Below, in pieces: positions 11,170 to 23,400 of a DNA stretch of 64,000 nt. The stretch's first letter is position 1, and the number at the start of each line of letters is the position of its first letter. The notes beneath the pieces are model-generated. The model had not been told where the DNA came from, did no database searches, and saw only the letters and a program-made list of their open reading frames with translations. The DNA comes from Macrostomum hystrix (lineage: Eukaryota; Animalia; Platyhelminthes). Both the position numbers and the translations under genes were made by a program. The DNA lies in NCBI GenBank assembly GCA_950097015.1, contig CATNEN010000011.1, positions 4,898,001-4,962,000 of the forward strand. The letters run 5' to 3'.

Positions 11170-11312
11170 CGGACTGTTCAGTCCATGGACTGAGCGGATG
11201 TCACACCCACATTCAATTACCACAGCTATTGCTGGTAAAATTTAACAGTGGAGTCGGGAATCGAACCCCCGACCTTCAAGTGGCGAGTCCGACGCACTGA
11301 CTCCTAGGCTAC
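11170..11312 (-). mobile_element. tRNA-derived SINE family C
   Basis: The minus strand reads TAGCCTAGGAGTCAGTGCGTCGGACTCGCC...GGGTTCGATTCCCGACTCC (A/B-box-like). Related pieces lie at ~15365-15420 and, CpG-decayed, at ~16460-16570. Confidence 0.7.
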
Positions 11313-11645
11313 AAATTTTGCTTTTGAGCCGAGATACGAGTTCCAGACCTCTAAATTTGGAGTTTGAAGAACAATGGCACATGACAACTTACGAGATAAT
11401 AACTACATAAGTTTAAGTAAAATATATTGTAAACATTTATAATGATTTATTATGTAATTTGTTATAAATAACAATAAAATAACTACGACAGTAATAATAT
11501 GGTAAAGATCGCAGTGATAAAATGTTGATTAAAATATAGATATAGAACTTTATTCAATCAAAGAAGAGACAAATCAGAGAACAGCTGCATTTATATATGA
11601 ATTGGTTTTGGTTTGGTTTCCAAGCAAATCTGGTATCTGACGCAG

Positions 11646-14600
11646 TTAAGCAGAATTCAAGCGCAGGCGCTGCAGACTTGGAAATTTTGAAGCCAAACTA
11701 GAGTAACACTGGTTGTCAATATTAACAACGGCGTTTAGACGCAGGTCAAAGATGCCAGACGACTGTTTTAGGCGCTGAATGAAGTCGCCAGCATTGACTC
11801 CCCGGCCGGCTGTGAACGCAATGCGAACCCTGGATAGGCTGGCACAGCTGGCTAGAGTGGAAGCCAGACAACTGGAGGTGACACCAAACTGGTTGCCATG
11901 GTGACCATTGACAACGCCGATGTCACTGCTGCCACTGCTACTGCTGCAGAGGCCGCTTAGTGTTAGGCGACGCAGATTTTGACACGAGCCCAAGTTGATG
12001 AGGCCGGAGTCTGTGATTTGGCTGCAGCTGAAGTTCAGGGAGGTTCAGAGTTTTGAGTCCTTGTGCAAAAACACGCGTAAAAACTGACTTAATCTCATCC
12101 ATCTGAAATACCAACTGATTTATCTTATGCTTATTTTATAATGAAATTCCAGCTGATAAATAACACATTTGTAACTCATTTGTAACCTCATCACGTTAAT
12201 CCATCAAATCTTAAGTCCCATGAGGTAAATCTAATAATTGGATAATCCCAAAAGGGCTTATCAATCCAATCAGGCTAATTCCTTCGATCTTAAATCCCAC
12301 CAATCAGGATAATCCATTCGATCTTAAATTCCACCAATCAGGCTAATCCATTCGATCTTAAATCCCACCAATCAGGATAATCCCTTAGATCTTAAATCCC
12401 AATTATCAGGCTAATCCCTTAGATCTTAAACCCCAATTATCAGACTAATTCCTTCGATCTAAAATCCTATTAATAATATTAATATTAATCCTAAAACCTT
12501 AATTAAATTTTATAATCTGCAACTTCATAAAAAATCCCACCATTCTGAAACTCCATTCCGTATTATTTATGCATAAACTCACGCAGCCAATCGCAGAGTC
12601 TCCAGCAGAGGGCAGTGCTCAGCTAGAGCAGTCAGCAGGTCATCCGAGATTGCATCGCATTGGTCAGAGAACTTCAAACGAACATGCCGCAGCTCGGTCA
12701 GGTGGGCGATTAACGAAGCGAACGAATTCGGGCCGGGTTTGCCGCAGTCTTGCAGAGTCAGGCTGCTCAAATTTGAGCACCCTGATAGGCCGTCTAAGCC
12801 GTCTTGATCATCCCAGGCGTCGAAACCCTGATCTCCCTGAGGAGATGTATGGGATTTTGTGGATTAAGTTACATTTGGGAAGGGAATTTGAAGGACGGGG
12901 TAACAGTGATTTACTTGGGATTAGGAAGGGAGCTCAAATATTATGATTTTAGGGTTTTAGTTGAGATTGGGAAGCCACATCAAAAAATGCAATTTAAGGG
13001 ATTTAGTTGGGATTGGGAAGCCAATTCAAAGGAATGGGAACTTAGGGATTTAGTTAGGATTGGGAAGCCAATTCAAATGAATGGGAACTTAGGGATTCAG
13101 TTGGGATTGGGAAGCCAATTCAAATGAATGGGAACTTAGGGATTTAGTTGGGATTGGGAAGCCAATTCAAAGAATGGGAACTTAGGGATTTAGTTGGGAT
13201 TGGGAAGCCAATTCAAAGAATGGGAACTTAGGGATTTAGTTAGGATTGGGAAGCCAATTCAAATGAATGGGAACTTAGGGATTTAGTTGGGATTGGGAAG
13301 CCAATTCAAATGAATGGGAACTTAGGGATTTAGTTGGGATTGGGAAGCCAATTCAAATGAATGGGAACTTAGGGATTTAGTTGGGATTGGGAAGCCAATT
13401 CAAATGAATGGGAACTTAGGGATTTAGTTGGGATTGGGAAGCCAATTCAAATGATGGGATTTAGATGGGATTGGGAAGCCAATTTAAATTATGGGATTTG
13501 AGGGATTTAGTTGGGTCTATTCAAAAATGGGAAGATTGGAACAGCGTCTCAGGAAGCCTGACCTCGATAAACTCCAGTCGCAGCTGGCGCAGGTGTGTTA
13601 CACCTCGGCCCAGTGTAGTAAAGAAGGCCGGCTTGATACCCTGCCCGATAGCCAGTCGAAGATGGCAAAGTCTATGGCAGTCTCTGAGCAGGCAGCTAAC
13701 GGCAACTGAGGAGCCGTCGCCAAGTGTAATGCCGGTACAATTCAGCAGGCACAGGGTTCGCAGATTCGGCCAGTGTCTGGCTATAGCCTGCAGGCCGAGA
13801 TCCGTCACTAGACTAGTTGGATGCACTTCAAGGTGCAGCAAGTTAGGGCACCTGCGTGTGACAGAAGCAATGCGGCTTTCAAGGCTGCGAGTACTTGAAA
13901 AATAACCCATCTGCCGCCTCCAATACCTCAAATCTGCCGCCTCCAATACCTCAAATCTGCCGCCTCCAATACCTCAAATCTGCCGCCTCCAATACCTCAA
14001 ATCTGCCGCCTCCAATACCTCAAATCTGCCGCCTCCAATACCTCAAATCTGTCATCTCTAATACCCCAAATCTGTCATCTGTAATACCCCAAATCTGTCA
14101 TCTGTAATACCCCAAATCTGTCATCTGTAATGCCCCAAATCTGTCATCTGTAATACCCCAAATCTGCCATCTGTAATACCACAAATCTGCCATCCTAATA
14201 CCCAAAATCTGCCATCTGTAATACCTCAAATCTGCCATCTGTAATTCCCCAAATCTGCCATCTGTAATACCCCAAATCTGCCATCTGTAATACTCCAAAT
14301 CTGCCATCCTAATACCCCAAATCTGCTATCCTAATTTCCCAAATCTCCCATCCGTAATACCTCAAATCTGCCATCCGTAATACCCCAAATCTACCATCTT
14401 CACTACCTAAAATCTGCCATCTCTAAACCACCAAATCTCGTACCATCTCCAACACCCCAATTCTGCCATTTCTAACATCAAATCTGCCATTTCTAACAGC
14501 CAAATCTTGTTTTTTACATCCAAATCTGCCATATACTCGCACAAGCGTATGATAGTACAAAATCACCATTTTTTAACATCCAAATTTGTCATTTATACAC

Positions 14601-15197
14601 GCAATAACTGTAACAATATACGCTCGTAATACAAATACGAATGTGTTATCATCACTTTTTTAGATTCAACTTCCATCTTTAATAATAAAATCAATGAAAT
14701 CTGTCGTTATCCATAAATTCTCACCCCTGAGTCAGGGCTAAGATGCCATTGTCGGTCAAGTCACATGGTTTGCCACGCACAGCCAGCTGGATGAGTTTAG
14801 TGCAGCGTTTTCGCTCGCCCAGATGTTTGCACACAGATTCTACTCCGCAGGCTCGCTGTTTCTCAAATAGCAAAACTAGCGACTCTAAATTTGGTGCCCC
14901 ATCCAACAGTGACATCGCAGTGTCTGGCCATCGGTCTGTGTCGCATGTCAGAGTAAAACTAACCAGCGAATTCGAACAGCTTGTTTCATTAACTCTGTGA
15001 GCTATTTGACTACAGGCACATTTTAACAGACCCCATGGCGCTCTGTTTCTCAAGTAATTTAGCCAAGCCTTGGACACTAGACTAGCAGAGTTGCACTCTG
15101 TGGCAGACAGGTGGCCAAATATGAGGTCTAGCAGTGCTGGGTGCAGCCGCTTGACTATATCTAAGGATACCTGATCAGACTGCAATTTGTACAGCAT
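11646..15197 (-). CDS. F-box / leucine-rich repeat (FBXL-type) protein; exons 15197-14725, 13851-13563, 12836-12583, 12027-11646; ~465 aa
   Basis: F-box LHPALLDLIFGHLSATECNSASLVSKAW. Cys-containing LRRs (LTDNGILALTQG|CPNLLHLEV, VTDLGLQAIARHWPNLRTLCL, ISDDLLTALAEHCPLLETLRLA|ACSQITDSGL). All three introns are GT-AG and phase-consistent (1398 nt total). The exact 5' start is uncertain. Confidence 0.85.
12235..12470. repeat. Degenerate ~34-36-bp intronic minisatellite (CCAATCAGG.TAATCCC..GATCTTAAATCCCA)
   Basis: Tandem copies inside F-box intron 3. Confidence 0.8.
12985..13520. repeat. 47-bp intronic minisatellite (TTAGGGATTTAGTTGGGATTGGGAAGCCAATTCAAATGAATGGGAAC)n
   Basis: About 11 copies inside F-box intron 2. 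Confidence 0.95.
13906..14510. repeat. 23-bp intronic minisatellite (CCAATACCTCAAATCTGCCGCCT)n, degrading toward 14.5 kb
   Basis: Perfect copies near the acceptor end of F-box intron 1, with progressively diverged copies distal to it. Confidence 0.95.
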
Positions 15198-15892
15198 GCA
15201 AAATCATTTTTGTAATAAATGTATTTACTTTATAATCTTGAATTTTAATAAGCACATCCAATATACCTAATAATGGCAACGATAAATTATGAAATAACAA
15301 ATAATATTATCATTTTTAAGTGATTACACTCTCCACAGTTGGACAAGATATGCAGTCAATAGTACAGAAGTTCAGTCCATGGACTGGGAGGATGCCACAC
15401 TCAAGCCATGTCAGAGCACATCCATGCATTTGTGTGATTATTCCCATTTTTTATTTACCCTCTAGCCAATCCTGTGTGCAAACATAAATTATGCTAATTG
15501 TGTGTGAAGGGTTTTTGCTTTAACCCTCTCATATGCCTCCTCCATGTGTTGTCGTTATATTTGGCTGCCTGCCCCATTCTTGCTCCTCCACTGCCTGTTT
15601 CCACTCCACTGCTTGTTCTGCTGGTTTTCCCTACACTGTGTGTTCTGCTCCCTGCCATAGATGCCAATTGTGTTTGCCATAAGCCATAGACTCCATTGTC
15701 ACTGCCATTAACCATAGAAGCCATTACCATAGACTCCACTGCCATAGACCTTGCCACTGCCAACTTTAGTCACCCAGCCATAATAAGTTCATTATATTCC
15801 CAAAGAAACCTGATAATGTTTAATGTGGAAATATCCACATATTTAGTAAATGTTTATGCATAGCTACTATGTCTCTTAGGGTGGATAGATAT

Positions 15893-16260
15893 GGACGGAT
15901 AGCTCAGACAGTAAGGTGTCGGACTCTGGATCAGATGGTCCTGGGTTCGACTCCCGACCTAGTCTAGAACTATTTGTGCAGCCTTTGGCAAGCTGCTTTG
16001 CCCTGATGTGCACACAGTCTACTCAGCTGCAAATGAGCACCGACATTTCGTCGGGTAATAATAATTCCGGCTGGCGTGGAATAAAGCTGTTTCTGAGCAG
16101 CAAATCAGTGGGGTTTGGATGCTGCCGATATGTTTGGAAAAAATAAATTCCATTGCTGACAAGCGGCTGTCAACCGGTGTCCAAGAGAGCCAGGGAGTAC
16201 AATAGGTGTGCAGTCCCCACCTGCTAGTGTGCCTGACAAACAACACCTGCACTGGCCCTT
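15893..16260 (+). mobile_element. tRNA-derived SINE family A
   Basis: Head GGACGGATAGCTCAG...GGACTCTGG...GGGTTCGACTCCC (A/B boxes, Gln-like anticodon arm). A central TTGGCAAG...CTCAGCTGCAAATGAG block follows. A highly similar inverted copy lies at 52028-52350. Confidence 0.85.
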
Positions 16261-17617
16261 GGGTCTATTGTCAATTATTATTATATATGTCTCTTAAATG
16301 TGGAAAATAATGGGGAATGGCATAAAATTTAAAGTGAGCTGTTAATACTGGCATAAAATGGGGTAAATGCTTGATTTACCCAGGAATTAGTCCCTGTATA
16401 CATAGGTACAGCCTCCTGAATATGGCACCCACAAATGTAGGCAATAAACAGCCTGTTGAACTAAAGCATATTGCTAAATGATTCAATAGAGAAACTGTTT
16501 AAGTTGAGTCAGGAATCTAACTCCTGATCTTAAAATTTTGAGTCCAACACTATAAGTGACTAGGCTATAATCCCTACAATATATATATAAATATACTTCA
16601 TAAATATATCATAGTGAGACAAAATATAAAAATTATACCTGCCATGCATTGAAAAGAGGCATAATATAAGTAGTTGTTTTAAATAATTACGAGCTGGAAA
16701 AGCTGGGCCAGCAGTAGAATGAGAAGGAGATGGAGCTGGAAGACCAGCAGGTCACTGAGGATGCTATCTATCAAGCCAACTACATTGCAGCTTGTGGCAA
16801 TGGTGGGTTTATAGAGGGTGTCCTGTCCTACTGTAAATGAAATTACTTGAATATTTGTTCTTTCATGTTTTAACTCTGATTTTTAAACTATGCCTAATAT
16901 TGAAAATGATTGTAGCAACTAGCTTTTTACTTAAATTTTGTCTAGTCAATATTAATTTTTCAGCAATGCTAATGTGGCTTCCCCTATTTGCTAAGTGACT
17001 TTAGATTTGTTAATGACTCTCTATATTTGCCTACCTAGTGTTCATCATCCATTGATTTCATTTTAGGCAATGTTGTCCTATGTTAATCAGCTTGTACATT
17101 TATGGTTTGTTGTGATATAATGTGCATCATAAGTTACATTTCTTTTCAAAAGTTAAAAGTCAAAAGTTACTATATTAGCATATACAGCTTTTCTTTCTTT
17201 AGTTTTTTAAGAAATGGCAATGTTGCATACTTTTATAGCAAAATAAATTTACAAAAGCAAATTGATGCACAGCTCATAAATTAGATTTCAATCACATATA
17301 GTTCTAGTGTTCCAGTATTAATTGGCAATAAAGTCATAAGAGTTTAGAATCAAAAGCTTTTTATTTTAACAGAACATTATGGAAAGAACTTTTAATTTTT
17401 TGTTTTGCCAAGAAAAGGGGCGCAAAAAAATTTGAAGCTTAGAAATTTTTAGCACAATAGAGTAGGACCACTGATGACAATAAAATAATTAATAATACTC
17501 GTATATTGACAATTATTATAGTATTAGCGAAGCGAAGCATACATTTTTGGCCCTGTCTCACTTGGCTATAAAAAATAATGTCATTTGAGCTACTCATAGT
17601 ACATTGCACATGACATA

Positions 17618-18271
17618 GGGTAATGTATCATCAACCAAACAAGAATGTGTATTTTTTTTACTTCGAACCTAAGCTACAGATTTTCTATTTAAGATATGAT
17701 GATAAATCAAAAGCCAAGTTATAGAAAACAGTTACATCTTTCTAAAAAGTATCTGCTTATTGCCATTTTATCAAATAGAAAAGAGTTATTCCTGCGTTTT
17801 ATCTAAAACCGAACAATGATTTTCATGTAGGGGCCTATCTTCAAACCAAACAGAGAATTTGATGTTTGGTTTTACAATTTGAGTGAGTGGTTTAATCTTA
17901 TTTTAAGGAGTGAACTATCATGAATTTTGTAATTTGAAAGCATTTTTCATGCTCTATAAATAACTACATTTATGGTCATTTAATTGGCAAGCAACCACAT
18001 ACAATCTTCGTCTAAAGTACATACTAAAAAATGTTATAAAGTATGCTTTTGCAATAAAAATTTCTATTGAAACATCAATAGGGCCTATCTTTCTTTCCTC
18101 TTAATGCTTCATTGCACATCATGCCTCAGCTTGTAGATAATTTCTTCAACTTTCAAATTAGTTGTTCTGTAAAACACAATAGCTTGTTTCTGTCTTGCAC
18201 GAGACCAAGGAAGGAGTCAAAATTCTTGTACAGTTTTGAAGATACACTGTTCGGTTGATGATACATTACCC
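17618..18271. mobile_element. Non-autonomous DNA transposon (MITE), 654 bp, ~23-bp TIRs GGGTAATGTATCATCAACC(A/G)AAC, TA flanks
   Basis: TIR at 17618 and its reverse complement ending at 18271, with TA on both sides; second copy at 46806-48798. Confidence 0.9.
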
Positions 18272-20480
18272 TAACACAAATGTGCCCTTCTATTGTCATG
18301 TCATGATTTGCAATATTTGCATGTTGCATTTGTCTGTTCATTGTGCCTACCTAACGCTTTTATCTGTGCTTTTTTATCTGCATTACTGCCTTTAAATCAA
18401 TAAATTGTTTGAATTATGCATCATCAAATATTCAAATCGCATCACATTCATAATTAAAATGAGCAATGAACAAATAGTCAAGATTGTCATCATCGTATGA
18501 CATTTTAGAATATGACAATTTGATCTGTACCCGGTTAGGCCATTGGCCATAAAGCTTTACTGATTATTAACTTATCAACAGAATCAAAATGTTATAGCTT
18601 TTCAACACTTAAACTCCTTTTCTTTTTTTCACGTGGGGCACAGCCGCACAGAACATATAACATGAGGAACAGTGTGATTTCTTTTTGGTGCATAGGCCAC
18701 AAAGTGGTTTAGTGTTGACAACTTATAATTTTTTTCTGGTGCACAGTGCACACTCTGCCACCTTCCTGACTATGGCTTGCCATGGCTTAAAAGAATCAAT
18801 AAACTTATCAGTTAAGCTATTAAACATCCATTACATAGGCATAGACCATAAGCCCAATCTCACACGTTTAATTATTTTTTACTGTTTTTGTCTGCTTAAA
18901 AGGAACTAATAAATACTTTAATGTACGCTCTTATGGAGTATAATAAATAATCCCTGCCAAAAACAAAAAATATATATGGATTTCACAGAAGCTCTAACTG
19001 ACATACAGCCAGCCTGACTACGTAGTTTAGTTAGGTCATAACATAAAACTCAAATTTAACGTCACAATTGTTCTTAAAATAGTTCCGTGAACATTGAGTC
19101 CATTAAAACGACGCATACTAATTAAAGGAAATATTTTTGTTAGATTATGTATTAATTTGTGTTACTTTTTGTGTTTCTGTTACTGTGAAATTTTTGAAAA
19201 AAAAAATTTTTTGAAATTAAAAATTTAAAACACAAATATTCATCAAAATCTGTGGAAAGCCCATAGTGATCTTTACTCAAAATTACAAATTACAAATCGT
19301 ATATAAGATCTATGGGAAAGCCCACGAATAGGGCATTGTGCTTTTGCCGGTTCGAATTCGTTTACAATTTAACGTGAAACCCTGTTTAAATAAGGTTCTT
19401 TTGCAAACATTAGAATCATGAAGCTATTAAAATCAGAAAGCGTCGACTCAATGAAACAATAAGAATAAATTATGTATCCGGTTTTTACTTGGTTAACTGT
19501 CTAACCAGTCATAATATAACACGCGTATTCATATATTTTTATTGATGCAAGGTCTTCATAAATTGCGAATCAACTGCAAGAAAGCCCCGAGTGCAGACAG
19601 TCTGGAACAGTCTATCATCCAGACGAATTGAACATTTCAATCGTGCATAATTGTCAGTTTCGCCGCAATCTAAATAAATGTATGAGAGGAGGCGGCTGGA
19701 ATTCTCAAAGGATCGGCCGACCCAACCAGAACTCGGAATAAGGTTATCTTTCTTTCCACAAACTGCTGACTCAGTTAACTTAGTTTTTCCCTCTTGCAAA
19801 CCATGGTTACCATGCACGCAGCTGCTCTTCTCGCTCCCTCTTTTTCTAGTCTCTCCCTGTTGCACTCGCCACCAGAAAATTTAATCTCTCGAAACTAGGC
19901 CCATGCACTCTATATGCCATGAAACTCTCTCTCTCTCTATTGGGTGATTTCAAGAACGTCCCATGCATGACGGTATTGAGTTCCAGAAATCGAGCTTGGC
20001 TGTTGGCTGAGCACAGAGCATAAAATACAGTAAGGCCTGCTGTGAGAAAATAAATTCTTCATCAATAATTCATAATAGAAATGTACAGTACTATACCTCA
20101 CGCGTACTGGTTTTCTACTCGTACTTTCTTTAATAATTTTTATTTTAAGCATCTGCTTTTGACAAGCTCCTTTTTTCTTTTATTGATACTTCCTTTATAT
20201 AAGCTCAGATTCTTCCTGTGTACTTTTCCTGTTAAAATAAAAAATGTAATTTTTGTTCGGGCTAATTATTACCCATATGATCCTCTATTGGTGTACGCGT
20301 AGAGGATTCTTCTGAGCTTTGAATGTTATACTTTATGTAGAGGTGAGCGATTTGAATACTGCTTGATTTACGATCTAGCTTGAGTTGCTTGAGATTAGTA
20401 CACACGGCACATCATACACTGTATGTGGCTAGCAAGGATTGTTCAGTGTATGTAACCTTCATTGATAAGTTGCTTAATAA

Positions 20481-23400
20481 TGACGTGCCGGGGTTTGAGC
20501 CGTGAATGAACCGTGAACTGTGTTAAGCAAGTGAACTGTGGTAGATCTGCAGGCCTGCGCGCCAACCGCACTCTGACCCAATGTACGCAGCCTGAATATT
20601 GATTATTGATGTACTCAACACCTGTTGACTTTTAAGCCTTGTTGACTCGTCTACTTATATATATATGCAAGTGTATCGTGAAACATCGTGACTAATAAAC
20701 TAAATTCGCTACTAACCCAAACCAAGCCTACGGGCAGTCTTGCCTTATACTCCTGAGCACGGCTTGACAATGGCATCGCAAGCATCTGAACTAAACCTGG
20801 AAGATCCAGACACAGCCGAAGCCTGGCTGCTCAGTTTCGCGGCCGCTGCACGGACCAAGAAACTGAAGGATTCGGAAGAGGAACACCAGATCACTGATCT
20901 ATTCCTCTCGAGGGCAGGCCTCAAGGCACTGAGAACCCTGACCCTCATGGCTGCCCCAGACAGCCTGGAGACCAAAACATTCGCACAGATCCGCGACATC
21001 ATCGATGCAACCATTCGGCCCAAGCGGCGCCTCACCATTGCCGAGAGGGTGAAATTCCTCTCCCTCAGGCAGGATCCGAGCGAAGGCGTCGCATCGTACT
21101 ACCGCCGGCTCCGAGCAGCTGCTGCCTCGTGCAGTTTTGAGAAGCTAGGCTCGAAACAGACCTGTGAGGACGAACTCATCACCATGAGGCTCGTGGACGG
21201 TCTTGCCTCCGTGGACCACAAGCGCAGACTGCTGGAGAGGATGCAGGGCATCGACATGCTGCTGACCGATGTGCTGCAAGAGCTTGAGCAGTTGGAGCAG
21301 ATTCGCTACTACAACGCCGGCACCGGGCCCACCGTCACCACCGAGTCAAGCATCGCCTATGCAGGTCGGCGCGCCGCACCTCCACAGCTTCCTCCGGACA
21401 CCAGATCGCCGAGGCACACAACCAGGACGAAGTGCCAATACTGTGGCGGTTCGCACCAGCAGGGCTCATGCCCCGCCTTCGGCAAAAGGTGCACCACCTG
21501 CAACAAGAAAAACCACTACGCAGCCGTTTGCAGGTCCCGCACTGTGCACTTGGAGACCTGGGAGGAGGACGATGATGCCGCCCCGAAGCCAGATGCCGCC
21601 AACGTCTTCGTCATCAGACCGGAGAACAAGGAGCGAAAAGGCATCTTCCGGCGCGTCAAGATCAACGGCAAAGAGCTGCAGATGCAAGTGGACACAGGCG
21701 CCGACGTAAGCCTCATTCCCAGGGGCCACTGGGAGATGCTCGGGCGTCCAGCGCTGAGGAAGTCCAAGCGAATCCTGAGGCAATTTGATGGATCAATAAT
21801 CAAGACCCTGGGCGAGTTCACAGCAACGTGGAATGATAAAGACAAGTTCCGCACTGTCGACTTGGTTGTCACTGCAGCACACAAGTCACACGGGCTGTTG
21901 GGCCTCGACAACCTGGATTGGAACTCTGAGAGGCAGACAGTCGGTGGCCAAGGCACTGCAGTACAGCACCTCAATTGCCTGAAGGGTTTCCAAGCCAGAA
22001 TCAAGCTGATCGAAGGTGCCAAGCCATTCTACTGCGCAGCCAGAGCGGTGCCGCTGCACCTGCGCGACCGCGTCAACCAAGAGCTGAAGCGCCTCCAGGC
22101 TGAAGGAATAATTGAACCAGTGACCGAAGGCGGTAGCGAGTGGGCGTCACCAATCGTCTGCGTCCTCAAACCCAACGGCAACATCAGAATTTGTGCCGAT
22201 TACAAGGCGGGGGTCAATCATCAAGTGTGCGGAGACACCTATCCAATGCCAACCGTCGAGACCATCTTCTCGGATGTCGCCGGAATGACTGACTTCGCGA
22301 CCCTCGACCTATCTGACGCGTATCTACAGATTGAACTCGAGGAGAAGAGCAGGGAAGTCACTACGATTGCGACCCCACTCGGTCTGTTTCGCTACACCCG
22401 ACTCGTGCCGGGCCTCAAGTCAGCATCCGCCATCTTTCAAAAGGCCATGGAGACTACCCTTGAGGAGGTGAACGGCAAGGTCATCTATCAAGACGATATT
22501 CTGCTCGGAGGTCGCTCCAGCGAAGATCTCAAAGCCAAAGTCGATGAAGTAATTAAGATCCTCCAGGCAGCCGGAATGAACATAAATCTCGCCAAGTCCA
22601 ACTTGGGCGCCAAGAGCGTCAAGTTCCTCGGCTACAGAATCGGTGCAGAAGGAATCTCTCCGGACCCTGGACTGGTCAGCAAGATCAAAGAAATCTCTGC
22701 ACCACGCGACCGTCGCCAGTTGGAGTCCTTCCTCGGCCTCTGCAATTTCTTCGGAAGGTTCGTCAACAATTATGCGCACATCGTCGAGCCCCTGAACCAG
22801 CTGCGCAAGAAGGGAGTGGAGTTCACTTGGACAACTGCACAGGAGGCGGCCTTCCACCAGCTAAAGAAGCTCCTGAGCTCCAGCCCGATCATCCAGCCAT
22901 ACGACCGGACAAAGGAAACAACGCTCACGACCGACGCCAGTGAGAAGGCGGTGGCCGCCGTGCTCACGCAAGAAGGTCATCCCGTCATCTACTTCAGCAG
23001 GCGGTTGACGGAGGCAGAGACACGCTACTCCAACATCGAACGGGAGGCGCTGGCGATTGTGTGGTCAATGGAGAGGTCCCGTCAGTTCCTACTGGGCAAG
23101 CGCTTCACTCTGCGAACCGACCACCGCCCTCTCGAGTTTCTGTTCGGGGCACGGCAGCAGCTCCCTAAAGTCGCCAATGCTCGCATCCTGCGCTGGGCGA
23201 TCCGCCTCATGGGATTTGACTTCGCTATTGAGTACGCCCGCGGAGTCGACATCCCGCACGCCGATGCGTTGTCTCGTCTTGACTTCGCTGACGTCCCGGA
23301 CGATCCATATGAGGCGGCACCCCAACAACACCTGGTGCATTGGGCCGGTGAAAGCGTCATCGGCTGGACTGAGCTGGCAGAGGAGACAAAGCGCGATAGA

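Noticed and set aside
15893-15965. tRNA-Gln-like gene (also tRNA-like heads at 11312, 41663, 52350)
   Set aside because: The acceptor stem does not pair and the head continues into a dispersed repeat body, so these are SINE heads.
16690-16840. Coiled-coil-like fragment (ELEKLGQQ*NEKEMELEDQQ...)
   Set aside because: Internal stop, short, source gene not identifiable.
19253-19325. Imperfect inverted repeat (CCCATAG..ATCT / AGATCTATGGG)
   Set aside because: Short, single copy and without TSD; compatible with chance in AT-rich DNA.
19539-19865. 108-aa minus-strand ORF
   Set aside because: No recognisable domain or clear splice context; it could be an exon but is unsupported.
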